From Eledone cirrhosa (lineage: Eukaryota), in NCBI GenBank assembly GCA_964016885.1, contig CAXHJY010001504.1, positions 62,001 to 126,000 on the forward strand: DNA of 64,000 bases, written 5' to 3'. Made by a program: the position numbers and the translations under genes. Shown one piece after another: positions 1-13,779 of the stretch. How positions within the stretch are numbered: the stretch's first letter is position 1; every line of letters begins with the position of its first letter. The notes under the pieces were generated by a model. The model saw only the letters and a program-made list of their open reading frames with translations. It was not told the origin of the DNA and did no database searches.

Positions 1-545
1 ATAGTGGTGGTGGTGGTATAGTGGTGGTGGTGGTGGTGGTATAGTGGTGGTATAGTGGTGGTGGTGGTGGTGGTATAGTGGTCGTATAGTGGTGGTAGTG
101 GTGGTGGTGGTGGTGGTGGTATAGTGGTGGTGTTATTGGTGGTATAGTGGTGGTGGTATATTGGTGGTGGTGGTGGTATAGTGGTGGTGTTATTGGTGGT
201 ATAGTGGTGGTGGTGGTGGTATAGTGGTCGTATAGTGGTGGTAGTGGTAGTGGTGGTGGTATAGTGGTGGTGGTGGTAGTATTGTGGCGGTGGTGGTGGT
301 ATTGGTGGTATAGTGGTTGTGGTGGTGGTGGTATGGTGGTGGTGGTGGTGGTATGATGATGGTGGTGGTATGGTGGTGGTAGTGTTATGGTGGTGGTGTG
401 ATGGTGGTATGGTAGTGGTGGTGGTGGTATAGTGGTGGTATAGTGGTGGCGGTGGTGGTGGTATGGTGGTGGTGGTGGTGGTGGTATTGGTGGTATAGTG
501 GCGGTGGTGGTGGTGATATGGTGGTGGTGGTGGTATTGGTAGTAT
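1..545. repeat. (GGT)n / GGTGGTATA low-complexity repeat
   Basis: Direct reading of the sequence. Confidence 0.95.
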
Positions 546-567
546 GGTAATAATCGAATATTATTAA

Positions 568-910
568 TGGTGGTGGATTGACAGCATCGGTAGAGCGTCA
601 GACGCCATGCTTTGCAGCGCAGAGTTTCGGCCCTTTATGATCTGAGCTCAAATCCCGCCGTGGTTTACTTTGCCTTTCATCCTTGCGGGGTCGATAAAAT
701 AAAGTACCAGTAATGTACTGAGGTATTGGCTGGCCTTGTGCCAAAAATAGAACCAATTATTATTTTTAGAGTTCCACTCCCATCGAGATTGTCTTTGCCT
801 TTCATCCTTACGAGGTCGATAAAATAAAGTACCAGTAACGCACTGGGTCGTTTAATCGACCCCCCCCCCCCCAATTACTGGCCTTGTGCCTATATAAGAA
901 ACCATTATTA
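568..910 (+). mobile_element. tRNA-derived SINE (family S1): full copy plus a second 3'-half copy
   Basis: A-box-like TGACAGCATCGG, B-box-like GAGCTCAAATCC, core GCCTTTCATCCTT..GGGGTCGATAAAATAAAGTACCAG and tail GGCCTTGTGCC..AGAAAC-(ATT)n; recurs many times in the window. Confidence 0.85.
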
Positions 911-1084
911 TTCAGTATTTAAATTCACGAATTCATTTAAATTATAATAACAATTTGGATATTATTTGTGATTCCATGCAAAATAGTTTGATGTTTTCCT
1001 TAATTTTTCCAGACTTAAATAATTTCGGGTGAAACTTTCTAGAAAGAAAAATATATTTTATTAAAAAATAATATATATATATAT

Positions 1085-1117
<33 letters not shown>

Positions 1118-1184
1118 AATTGAAACAAAATGAAAACGAAATTTCATTTCTCACTCTTAGTATGGCACTTACATGCATACTTAC

Positions 1185-1525
<341 letters not shown>

Positions 1526-1537
1526 CTCTCTCTCTCC

Positions 1538-1654
<117 letters not shown>

Positions 1655-1657
1655 CAT

Positions 1658-1702
<45 letters not shown>

Positions 1703-2272
1703 TATAGATAGATTTTATTAAAAAATAATATATATATATATATACATATTTCTTTCATGCTTACCCCTGAGTTGTTTATTCTATCTTTCTTCGTGTTTTT
1801 CAGAAAATTCTCGTTACGTCGTGTCTTGGATTTATGAAAAAACATATTTTTCTTTTTCATAAAATGGCTTAGAGAAGTGGTACTTTGTTTTAAGATATTA
1901 TCGATAAAATGGTAAAAATGGTGCCCAATTCTGATTTTGTATTTCTCTCTTTCATTGCTGTATAGTTTTTGTGTTTTAAAATTTCGAATCATTTAAAAAA
2001 TGTTTCTAAAAGCATATGACTATGTTTATGAAGGTGCTTTTATGTATGACTGTATGTCTATGTGTATGTGTATGTGTATGTGTGTCTGCGTGTGTGTATG
2101 CGTGTGAGTCTGTGTATGTTTGTATGTATGTGTATATATATATATATATACATACATGCACAAGCACACGTATACATACATATATATACATATATATGTA
2201 TATATACATATGTAAATATATATATATGTATATATATGTACATACATATATATTATTTATAAACATATGTAA

Positions 2273-2337
<65 letters not shown>

Positions 2338-2409
2338 TATATATATATGTATATCTATACATGTATTTATACATATATGTTATATAGGTATATATATATA
2401 TATAAATAA

Positions 2410-2571
<162 letters not shown>

Positions 2572-2593
2572 TACATATATATAGATATATATA

Positions 2594-2664
<71 letters not shown>

Positions 2665-2667
2665 GTT

Positions 2668-2698
<31 letters not shown>

Positions 2699-3021
2699 GT
2701 ATAAAATATGTGTGTATGCGTGTGTAAATACACGTACACACACATATACACGTACACACTTGTAGATTGAATTTCAACGTGGTTTCTATTATTACATCTG
2801 CTACAGGGACTCCGAGCCACTAAAATTTAAATTATGTTTTCATAATTCAAGATGTCACGATCTTCAGATCTTTGGCAAGAGAAAGCACACACACACACAC
2901 ACACATACACACACATATATATATATATATAATTATATATATACACACAGACACGCATATATATATATATATTAATAAACATATATATATACATATATAT
3001 TTACATATATATGTATACACG

Positions 3022-3067
<46 letters not shown>

Positions 3068-3089
3068 ATTATATATATACACACAGACA

Positions 3090-3131
<42 letters not shown>

Positions 3132-3613
3132 TAAACATATATATATATACATATATATTTACATATATATGTATACACGCACACATACACACACACACAT
3201 ATATATATATATGTATATAACTATATATACATATATATATATATACATTACACGCTAACACACATGCATATATATATATATACATATATATATAGATTGA
3301 TAGATAGATATAGATATAGATATATTTATATATATATAAACACACTCAATTCAAGTATAAATAAGAAAATCATTCTTGCTCTTTGTATAAAAAATGATTT
3401 TGAAGTCTTTTAGGTATGAATCAATAGTCTAGTTACTTTTTTTTTCTGAAATTTAACTATCGCTATTTTTAAATATATAGGATAGGTTAGCTGACCTCAT
3501 ATGAAACATTTTTTTCTATGAAAACATATGAAGAAATAACAAATATGTTATATATGCAAGCATACACCTGGCATACAAATATATATGTATATTTATATGT
3601 GTATATATATATA

Positions 3614-3812
3614 TAGTAATAATAATAAATTTGAAGACTAAAATCCAAAGAGAGCCGATAAGGATAAATATATATCAAATATATAAGAACCGTAGAGTAA
3701 ATATTTATTAAAATAACAGATTAAAGTTTAAGCAAAGAATCGCTGCTTAAGATCCCGTTAAGGGTGAAAGCAGCGATTCTTTGCTTAAACTTTAATCTGT
3801 TATTTTAATAAA
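3614..3812. mobile_element. Palindromic element end (family C); hammerhead core lost at the inversion junction
   Basis: Inverted arms TTTATTAAAATAACAGATTAAAGTTTAAGCAAAGAATCGCTGC; same family as 28323-28545, 30857-30945 and 62955-63035. Confidence 0.65.
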
Positions 3813-3893
3813 TATATATATATATATATTTATAAACATATATGTATACATTATATAAATATATCCATATATAATATATATATATATAATATA

Positions 3894-4008
<115 letters not shown>

Positions 4009-4086
4009 ATATATACATTATATATATATATATATATTATATATATATATATATTTATATATACATAACTTGTATCTCTCTCTCTC

Positions 4087-4150
<64 letters not shown>

Positions 4151-4585
4151 TATATCAATAAGTTTGAGCCATGAAAGGTTACGTTTTCTTATTTTATCTC
4201 AAATAATTTATAAGTAAATTATTATATCATATCTACCATCACTGCCAAAGTCCTTTTTTCGTGAAGATTGTTTGTCACTTATATATTAAATACTATGGAA
4301 AACAGACGATACAATCCAAGTGAGCAACTCTAACTTTCTTTCGATCACGACGCTCGAGTAAAAAAAAATTAAATATGTTTTGACGCTCTTCATACATAAA
4401 ATCGAAATTTGTTGAAAAGATATATTTTTAGTAGGTGTGGAGGAAGGCTTCTTATTACGAAGTCGCACATGCTAGTATGTCAGGACCCGTTGGAGGGAGT
4501 GTTTGAAGACTCTGCCCGTCACGACCCTCCCAGGAATAAGTGAGCGAAGAAAAGAAGATATATTTAATACATGTTAGCAGAGCAT

Positions 4586-4649
<64 letters not shown>

Positions 4650-4695
4650 GAAAGAAGGTTTACATGGTTTGCTATACAAAAAAGTTTTTAATCAC

Positions 4696-4807
4696 ATTGC
4701 TCCGAAGATCTGACTGGTTATAATTCTGTATTGGCGATCGAGTAACGCAAAATTAAGCGGATAGCGATCTCTAGACATAACAGTTCAGTGAAACAAATGT
4801 AAGCTAT
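4696..4807 (+). ncRNA. Type I hammerhead-like fold (core CCGAAGA, long stem II, GUA site)
   Basis: attgct-CCGAAGA-TCTGACTGGTTAT...ATAACAGTTCAGT-GAAA-CAAATG-TA-agctat, inside inverted repeat 4646-4857. Confidence 0.55.
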
Positions 4808-5069
4808 GTGATTAAAAACTTTTTTGTATAGCAAACCATGTAAACCTTCTTTCCTGATTTATTATTACTCCAAGTGTTTACAACATAGGAATTACGGCAT
4901 ACCCGCAGCATCACTATGAAAACGCCTTGTTGAGTCAAACCAAGCCAAGTGTTAATATCATCCACTACCTGGAATACCATAACTGGACTTCACCTAAGTG
5001 GACTGCATTTAACTATTATTTGTTAATCCGTATATATATATATATATATATATTCAACCCGGAATAACT

Positions 5070-5143
<74 letters not shown>

Positions 5144-5225
5144 AGTTATTCCGGGTTGAATCGGAGGTAACCACAGTAAGTAAGGTACTCAATACGTAGC
5201 AGAGTATAACAGTTTTAATATAGAT

Positions 5226-5278
5226 GAGATTCTACAAGACTAGAACTGTTTCATTCTTTAGAAATCATCAGGAATCTC
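5226..5278 (-). ncRNA. Type I hammerhead ribozyme (family A)
   Basis: Minus strand reads gagattc-CTGATGA-TTTC TAAA GAAT-GAAA-CAG TTCTAGTC TTG-TA-gaatctc: 7-bp stem I, GUA site. Confidence 0.75.
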
Positions 5279-5827
5279 CGATTTAAAGAGTTGCTGACTT
5301 CGATTGTATCGTCTGTTTACCATAGTATTTAATATATAAGCGACAAACAATCTTCACGAAAAAATAACTATGGCAGTGATGGTAGATATGATATAATAAT
5401 TTACTTATAAATTATCTATATATATAAAACAGAGTGAAGCTCGAGGTCGAATCTCCACTTCGTATATAGAGAGACAGGAATAACAGGTCTTATAGTAACA
5501 TTACCTTCCCCTTCCCCCTTCTTTAGAGAGAGAGAGAGAGAGAGAGGAAGATAGAGAGAGAAGTTTTGGGTGTCACAGAAATATTACATTCCCCTCTCCA
5601 CTTTGGTCAGTGAGCGAACCACTGTTGCTATAGTAACATTACCTTCCCCTTCCCCCTTCTTTATTGACCGAGGAATATAGAGAGAAACGTTGTTGGTGTT
5701 ACAGTAACATTACCTTCCCCTCTCCACTTACTTTGGTCTTTGAAGCCGAGGGAACCACTGTTGCTATAGTTACAGCTTCACGTGACACAAACCAGTTCCT
5801 GCCAGTTCTGACCACCTGGCCCCAGTT

Positions 5828-6624
5828 GAGTCAGTTTTTCCTTTCTTTCGGTCGAGAATTGGACAAATTTTCGCCTTGAATCAAAAAATAAATTACATGG
5901 ACGCTTTGCAAAGCTTTGGTTTTCAAACGCTACACTTGCTTCTTGGTTAGGCTACTGTGTAGACGTGTGCTTCACTCTCACTGCATTACATTTTGTGACC
6001 TCGCTTTCGGACTTTGCCATTCCCAGTATGTTTTTTGTTTACTATTTTCTTGCTTAAAATTGTAACAATTTGTCACTTTTTTTTACCTTCCCCATAAATA
6101 CTGCTTATCACCTTCGCTTTTTTGCCTTTGCTCTAAACCTGCTTCCCCTTTACTGTTTACTGTACTATTGCAACCATGCCACTGGAAAGAAAGAGTACCC
6201 TTAGCCGTAGGAAAACATCGTCTGTTGTTTCAAAAAAGAGGCGATTGAATGAGCAGTCTACGGAGAGTCAGTTTTTGCTTTCTTTCGGTCGAGAAGTGGA
6301 CAAATTTTCGCCTTGAATCAAAAATAATAATTTCCTGGATGCTTTGCAAAGCTTTGGTTTTCAAATGCTACACTTGCTACTTGGTTAGGCTACTGTGTAG
6401 ACGTGTGCTTCACTCTCACTGCATTACATTTTGTGACCTCGCTTTCAACTTTGCCATTCCCAGTACGTTTTTTGTTTACCTTTTTCTTGCTTAAAATTGT
6501 AACAATTTGTCACTTTTTTTTACCTTCCCCAAAATACTGCTTATCACCTTCGCTTTTTTGCCTTTGCTCTAAACCTGCTTCCCCTTTACTGTTTACTGTA
6601 CTATTGCAACTATGCCACTGGAAA
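5828..6624 (+). repeat. ~360-bp direct duplication inside the Helitron 5' region (5828-6188 vs 6265-6624)
   Basis: Near-identical sequence from GAGTCAGTTTTT..TTCGGTCGAGAA to ATGCCACTGGAAA, twice. Confidence 0.92.
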
Positions 6625-9600
6625 TACAACTGCGCCTTCCAGATGACTTCGTTCGGGGCCAAAATTGTCAGAGAAAGCGGGTGGATGCCAACCTTTAAGG
6701 TTCAGGGCCAGGTTTACCACTATGTCGGTCCTCTACAGCCTGCGCCGTCAGCGCAACCCGCCTTACTGCAAATTTACTTCATAGCTGACTACAACAAGCA
6801 GGCTGACATGCGCTCATCTGTCATCCCAGCTGATGGCACTAGAGAGAACCTGGACAGAGATGTCCTCCCTGCGCTGCAGCAAATGCTACACTCCGAAAAC
6901 AGCTACGTGCAGAGCTTCAAGTACGCCTTGGAGACTACTGACCTGCCTAACTTCAACATTGTCATCGATGCCGACAAAAGACCATCCGGAGAACACGCCC
7001 GTCGATTCAACGCGCCCGCGTGCAACGAGGTGGCAGTCGTCCTTCACGGAGACCAGCACAACCCCCGGGATATCGTCATATCCAACCGTGCAACTGGCCT
7101 CCACAGAATACGCGAAACACACCGATCCTACGACAGCCTCCAATACCATCTACTTTTCCCCCGCGGCGAGGACGGCTACCACTTCAAGACTCCACACTGC
7201 CAGCCAAACCAGCCCTCCGTTGCTGCCGCCAAAACCGTGTCCTGAAAAGAATTTTACGCATACCGACTCATGCCTCGGAGAAACTGTTTCAACAGTTTGC
7301 ACAGATCGCAGGACCTACTGAACCAATTTGCGGTGGATATGGCAGCAAAGATGGAGTCAGAACGACTGGCCTTCATTCGAACCCACCAGCAGCAACTGCG
7401 TAGCGAAAGCTACATACACCTGCGAGAGGGCTTGACCAACGACGGGGATCCCCGAAACATTGGCAAGGTCTGCATCCTGCCTTCTACCTTCACTGGAGGA
7501 CCTCGATACATGCACGAGAGGACTCAGGACGCCATGACCTACGTGCGGGCCTACGGCCGTCCTGACCTCTTCATCACCTTCACGTGCAACCCGAAGGCGG
7601 ATGAGATCACCCGAGAACTCCTTCCAGGGCAGTCATACCACCACCACCGCCTTGACCTCATAGCGAGGGCTTTCGAGAGGAACATACAGAAAATGAAGGC
7701 ATGTTGTGCAAAAGCCAACATCTTCGGCCCTGCTAGATGCCATACGTACACCGTAGAATGGCAGAAACGGGGCCTGCCTCACATTCATCTGTTACTGTGG
7801 CTGCAGAACAAGATCAACTCCAACGACATCGACAAATTTATCTGCGCAGAGATCCCCAACCCTGCCACCGACAAAGAACTCTTCGACGTCGTCACGGCTT
7901 CCATGATACACGGACCCTGTTATCTGGGTTCTAACCATTCGTGTCAGAAAGACGGGATCTGTAGTAAGAGATACCCTAGGAAATTTGTTTCAGAGACCCA
8001 GACAGGGCACGACGGCTATCCCCTGTACAGGCGCCGGTTGCCTGAAGACGGTGGTTTTACTGCCATTGTAAGGGGCAAGCAAGTCGACAATCGATGGGTG
8101 GTCCCCTATTGTCCACTTCTCACTTCGACGTTCCAAGCCCACATTAATGTGGAATTCTGTAGCTCAGTTAAATCGATTAAATATGTTTGCAAGTACGCCA
8201 ACAAGGGCTGCGATTCCGCCGCATTCGCCCTCCAGTCCGACCGGGACGAGGTCAGTGAGTACCTATCGGCCCGGTAGATAAGTACAAACGAAGCGTTTTG
8301 GCGAATTTTTGGTTTTTCTATCCATGAAAGGTACCCCAAAATCACAAACCTGGCGGTCCACTTAGAGAACGGACAGCGGGTTTACTTTACGGCCGCAAAT
8401 GCTGCTCAAGTTGCGGCTAACCCCAAAGAAACCACGTTAACCGCTTTCTTTAAGCTCTGTCACGTAGACGCTTTTGCGAGAACTCTAATTTACCCTCAGG
8501 TGCCGTCCTACTTCACTTGGCGTCGCAATAGCTGGGTACGGCGAAAAACTGGTAAGGCAGTTGAATCGCATCCGGGAGTTAAATTTTCTGACTGTTCCCC
8601 CAACCCAACCTGAGTGCTTTCACCTGCGCATTATTCTGCACGAGGTCAAGGGGCCGCAAGGTTTCTTTGACTTAAAAACAGTAAACGGGGAACTTTGTAA
8701 CACTTTTCGAGAAGCCTGCTTTAGGCTTGGTCTCTTGGAAGATGACTCCCCGTGGGACTCGACCCTCGCCGATGGTGCTCTGCTGAAATCCCCACAGAAA
8801 TTAAGGGAACTGTTTGCCTTTTTGTTGCACAATTGTGGCTTAGCTAACCCTTCAGCCCTTTGGCTGAAGTACAGGAACGATTTGTGCGAGGACTTCCTCC
8901 GCACAGCCAAACGGCAAAATCCGTCTTTAGAAGTGGGGTTCACCGAAATCATTTACAACAAAGGGCTAATTTCCATCCAAGAAGAGCTCCTTCAACTAGG
9001 GGAAATGACTTGCCAACATACGGCTTGCCAGCCGCCAGCAAGGAAAATGTTAGTGTGCTGGGTCCAGATATTCTGTTGGAGACATCTTACGATGTCGCCA
9101 TGTTGACAACTTTCCTAGATGAAAATGAACGTAAGCTTCTTCCCGAGCAAAGGGTTGCTTATGAGACTGTCGTTGACAGTGCACTGGGTGGATTAGGCTG
9201 TGTCTTCTTTCTTGATGCCTCTGGCAGTACAGGCAAAACCTTCGTTACCTCCCTCATTTTGGCGCGTCTTCGACAACAAAAAAATATTGCCCTTGCGGTC
9301 ACCTCATCGGGGATCGCCGCTACCTTGCTGCCTGGAGAGAAGACGGCTCATGCTGCCTTTAAGCTTCCGTTGCACCTCGCACGAACTGATACGCCGACGT
9401 GCAACATTAGCAAGCACTCCGACAAAGCAGCACTTCTCGCAAAAGTTGCCTCATTGTGTGGGACGAATGCACCATGGCATATAAGGGTGCTCTGGAGGCA
9501 TTAGATAGGAGTTTAAAAGATATCAGGAACTCCTCGGCACCCTTAGGTGGCGTGACTTTACTGCTTTCGGGCGACTTCAGGCAAACGCTGCCTGTTATCC

Positions 9601-10484
9601 CCAAAGGGACAAGGGCTGATGAAGTCCGCGCATGCCTGAAGTCGTCGACGCTTTGGCCTATCGTTCGGACACTCCGCCTGAGCGTTAACATGCGGGCGCA
9701 GTTGCTCGGGGACAGCACGTCTGCTGAATTCGGCCAGGCCATCCTAGCTATAGGGGAAGGCCGACTTCCTTCCAACGAAAAGGGTGAGGTGTCGCTGGCA
9801 TCTGTCAGTAATACAGTTGACAGTCCTCAGGCCCTTTTAGAAGCTGTTTTTCCAAACCTACATGTTAACTACACTAACTTAGATTGGCTTAGTTCAAGAG
9901 CCATCCTAGCCCCCCAAAACTCTGCTGTTAATGCTCTCAACGAAGAGCTACTCGGCAAGATTCCAGCCCAAGAGAAAATTTTTAAGTCTATAGACCGCGT
10001 CACCGATCCACAGGAGGCGACGGATTACCCAGTAGAGTTTTTGAATAGCCTTGACCCCCCAGGTCTCCCACCCCACACCCTGAAGCTCAAGGTCGGCAGT
10101 CCGATTATGCTTATGCGTAACATGCGCCCCCCAAAACAGTGCAACGGCACTCGAATAGTAGTCAAATCAATGACGAACTATCTCATTGAAGCAACCATTT
10201 TAACTGGTTGTGGTAAAGGTGAGACCGTCATGATTCCAAGGCTAAGCATCCAACCTTCGACCACGGACATCCCGATAGGTTTTAGGCGACATCAGTTTCC
10301 CGTAAGGCCCTGCTTCGCGATCACCATAAACAAATCTCAGGGTCAAACTTTGTCTGTGGCGGGCATTCATCTAAAAGAGCCCTGCTTTGCTCATGGCCAA
10401 CTTTATGTTGGGAGTAAGGACTCCCTTTTTTCATACACACCCAACGGTATGACCCGCAACATAGTCTACAAAGAGGTCCTGTAA
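6625..10484 (+). pseudogene. Helitron Rep (HUH)-PIF1-like helicase, disrupted
   Basis: YNCAFQMTSFG; Rep motifs FITFTCNP, VEWQKRGLPHIHLL and KYVCKYANKG; helicase motifs FLDASGSTGKT, WDECTM, GDFRQTLPV, TINKSQGQT and HGQLYV. In-frame stops at 7243 and 8275, frameshifts near 8590, 9000 and 9450; the motif VI 'SR' segment is missing after GQLYV. Confidence 0.93.
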
Positions 10485-11681
10485 CGTGTATTACCACTGA
10501 GATGATTTAACACAAAAAGAGTTTATATATATACAAACACATACACACACTCACATACAGATATATATATATCATTATCTATAAAAGCGAGTGTGTGTGC
10601 ATGTTCCTTTTCTATACGATTAAAAAAAAACACCTCCTTCAATGGAAAATTACTTATCAATATTCGAAATAGCTTCAATTAGGTCATGCAGAATTTATAT
10701 ATTTAAAATTGATCCCCAATTACGCAAAAAAAATCGATAAAACTCAATAATTCACGATATACCTCTCTCATAAATCTGATATCGAAACTGAAGATTACGA
10801 CCCGAAATGGTGGGCAGTTCGAAATACTGCTGCTGCTGTGCTTCTGGCTGTTGCTCATCTCATTCTATCAGGCTCTTCCAACAACTTTACAGTACTTTAT
10901 CATCCGTTAAAAAAAAACTGTTTTTTGGCTGTTTTTTGTTTTCGACAGAAAATTTATTACGATTCTGTTTGCTATTCTTAATATATATATATTTTTTGTG
11001 TTCCCCTTTTGTGATTTTTGTTGGTTTCTTGGTTGAGAAAAGAAGATGGTAAAACCGGATTGAAGAGATTTTCATTTCTAAATTCTATTATCATTACAAC
11101 TTTGACATATTTTATGTAAAGTGAATATGAGAAAAAAAAATTCTTCATATTTATTGTTTCCTAATCTGATTAAAACAGCAGTAACCCGGGCAACGCCGGG
11201 TCATTCAGCTAGTATAAATATAAATTAACAATTTTAACTATCATATATTATTTACAATTTAATATTGGCATGTCTCTCTGGAAATAGGGCTGTGGGGCGC
11301 TGAGGGCTTGCGTTACCGTGAGGGGGGTGGGGTTGCCCAAATTTGAGAACATTTAATATAGATATTGTATCCTACATGTATCATTTACTCATGGCGCATT
11401 TCAGAACATGTAAAATAATTCTGGCACATTTTGTACCCGAATTCGAAAGTTTATTCAAAACAGCGAGTTACATTAGCATAGCATATTAGCATAGCATAAA
11501 GTTAATATAGAGAAGATAATTAAAAAAGAATTATTGTTTGAGCTTCGATATATCTATCTATCTATCTAACTCATTTCCCCTCACCCAAAGCGGATAAATC
11601 TTTCGCCTTTTACTAAAGATGTGCCCCTGTGGCTAATAAAGAAACATATCTATCTATCCATCCCCTCTCTCTGTATATATA

Positions 11682-11845
11682 CGGTGGATTGGCAGTATTG
11701 GTTTGAGGGTCGGACGCCATGCTTTGACGCATAGAGTTACGGCCCTTGCCATTCTGAGTTCAAATCTTACGGGGTCGATAAAATAAAGTACCAGTAATGC
11801 ACTGGGTAATTGCTGGCCTTGTGCCAAAAGTAGAAACAATTATTT
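11682..11845 (+). mobile_element. SINE S1, internally deleted
   Basis: GGTGGATTGGCAGTATTGG...GTTCAAATC..GGGGTCGATAAAATAAAGTACCAG...GGCCTTGTGCC. Confidence 0.85.
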
Positions 11846-11885
11846 ATATATATCTCCTAAATATATATATATATATATATATATA

Positions 11886-12079
11886 GGTTTTAATATAGAT
11901 GAGATTCTACAGGACTAGAACTGTTTCATTCTTTAGAAATCATCAGTGATTCCTGATGATTTCTAAAGAATGAAACAGTTCTAGTCCTGTAGAATCTCAT
12001 CTATATTAAAACCTTTATACTCTGCAATGTATTGAGTACCTTACTTACTGTGGTTACCTCCGATTCAACCCGGAATAAC
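11886..12079. mobile_element. Family A palindromic end with back-to-back hammerheads
   Basis: Arms 11886-11946 and 11953-12013; intact + strand HHR 11948-11996 (gattc-CTGATGA...GAAACAG..CTGTA-gaatc); the end ..CAACCCGGAATAAC adjoins (TA)n. Confidence 0.75.
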
Positions 12080-12126
12080 GTGTATATATATATATATTTG
12101 TATCCCAACAAATTAAATATAACCTC

Positions 12127-12200
<74 letters not shown>

Positions 12201-12296
12201 CAAAGATATATATATATATATAAATACACACACATATATATATATATAATATATATACAGATACATACATATATATAGATTTATATACAGACACAA

Positions 12297-12408
<112 letters not shown>

Positions 12409-12864
12409 TACAGATACATACATCTATATATATATATATACTGCCACATACACACACCATATGTACTATGTACATGTACGTCTGCGTGAAGAAATCTTAT
12501 ACATCTTAGATCATATAGATTTTTTTTTTCTTTCTATATTGATACTTTTCTTTCCAAATTTCGTGTTCTGTTAATGATGGTTCTTGTCTCTTGAGCAACA
12601 CCGACCGCCATTTTCTGATTCCGTCAAACGTCTGGAAGAAACTCTGTCAATATGTCTGAAACTAGCTGACAATTTGGCCTCATCATCTTGGAAGGTGAAG
12701 GGACTGGCGCCATGTCCTCTGTTTGCCTGTCGTTGCTTGCTTGCCTGCCCAATTGCAATTATACCGAATCATATTGTGACTACGGTGTCCGCGCAGTTGC
12801 TGAAGAAATGAGGCTTTTTACATGCATGTTGTCTTTTTTATCTTCTTCTTCTCGCTGGTCTTGC

Positions 12865-12895
<31 letters not shown>

Positions 12896-12929
12896 ATCAG
12901 TGATGACTACGTTTTGGGGAGCTGTTTCC

Positions 12930-13007
12930 TTAGTAGTATTAGTAATAGTAGCAGTAGAAGCAACAACAGCAGCAGCAGCAGTAGTAGTAATATTGGTTGT
13001 AGTAGTA

Positions 13008-13040
<33 letters not shown>

Positions 13041-13369
13041 ATAGTAGTAGTAGCAGCAGCAGTGGTAGTAGTAGTAGTAGTAGTAGTAGTAGTAATAGTA
13101 GCAGTAGTAGTAGTAATAGTAGTAGTAGTAGTAGTGATAGTGGAGGTGGTAGTGGTAATATTGGTGTGGTGGTGATAGTAACAGCAGCAGTAGTAGCAGC
13201 AGCAACAACAGTAGTAGTACTATTAGAGGAGGTAGTAGTAGTAATAGTAGTAGTAGCAGCAGCAGTAGTAGTAGTAATGGTAGTAGTAGAGATGGTAAAA
13301 TTGGCGTGGTGGTGATAGTAACAGCAGCAGTAGCAGCAGCAACAGCAATAGTAGTAGTAATATTAGTAA

Positions 13370-13405
<36 letters not shown>

Positions 13406-13530
13406 AGGTGGTAGTGGTAATATTGGTGTGGTGGTGATAGCAACAGCAGTAGCAGCAGAAAGACCCCTACCGTCACCAACAACAGCAACAGCAGTAGCTG
13501 TGGTGGTTGTAGTAACAGTAACAACAGCAC
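12930..13530. repeat. (TAG)n/(CAG)n trinucleotide low-complexity tract
   Basis: Direct reading. Confidence 0.9.
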
Positions 13531-13552
13531 TAGCATTAAGTTCCTTTATATT

Positions 13553-13692
13553 TTGAGTTCAAATCCCGCCGAAGTTAACTTTGCCTTTCATCTTTACCGG
13601 GTCGATATAATAAAGTACCAGTAATGTACTGGGGTCGATTTAATCGACTTTCCCTTTCCCCCTCAAGTTGTTGTCCTTGTGCCTAAATCCGA
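13553..13692 (+). mobile_element. SINE S1, 3' part
   Basis: GAGTTCAAATCCCGCCGAAGTTAACTTTGCCTTTCATC...GTACCAG...CCTTGTGCC. Confidence 0.8.
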
Positions 13693-13731
13693 AATTTCTA
13701 AGAATACATAGTATTCTCAAAGGCAGATCAA

Positions 13732-13779
<48 letters not shown>

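Larger units (their letters stand above)
5415..11212 (+). mobile_element. Helitron (rolling-circle transposon), autonomous type but defective
   Basis: 5' TCTATATATATAAAAC after an A (5414); 3' hairpin ACCCGG-GCAACG-CCGGGT (11184-11201) then CTAG (11209-11212) followed by T; no TSD; internal Rep/helicase ORF. Confidence 0.92.

Noticed and set aside
1-545. Telomere-like G-rich tract
   Set aside because: Irregular GGT/GGTATA units, not TTAGGG.
568-660. Possible tRNA genes at SINE heads
   Set aside because: A/B boxes are present but each head is fused to the SINE core and tail, and I could not build a clean cloverleaf.
6403-6624. Hydrophobic N-terminus of the 280-aa ORF as a captured host gene
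   Set aside because: It is the duplicated Helitron leader read through by chance.
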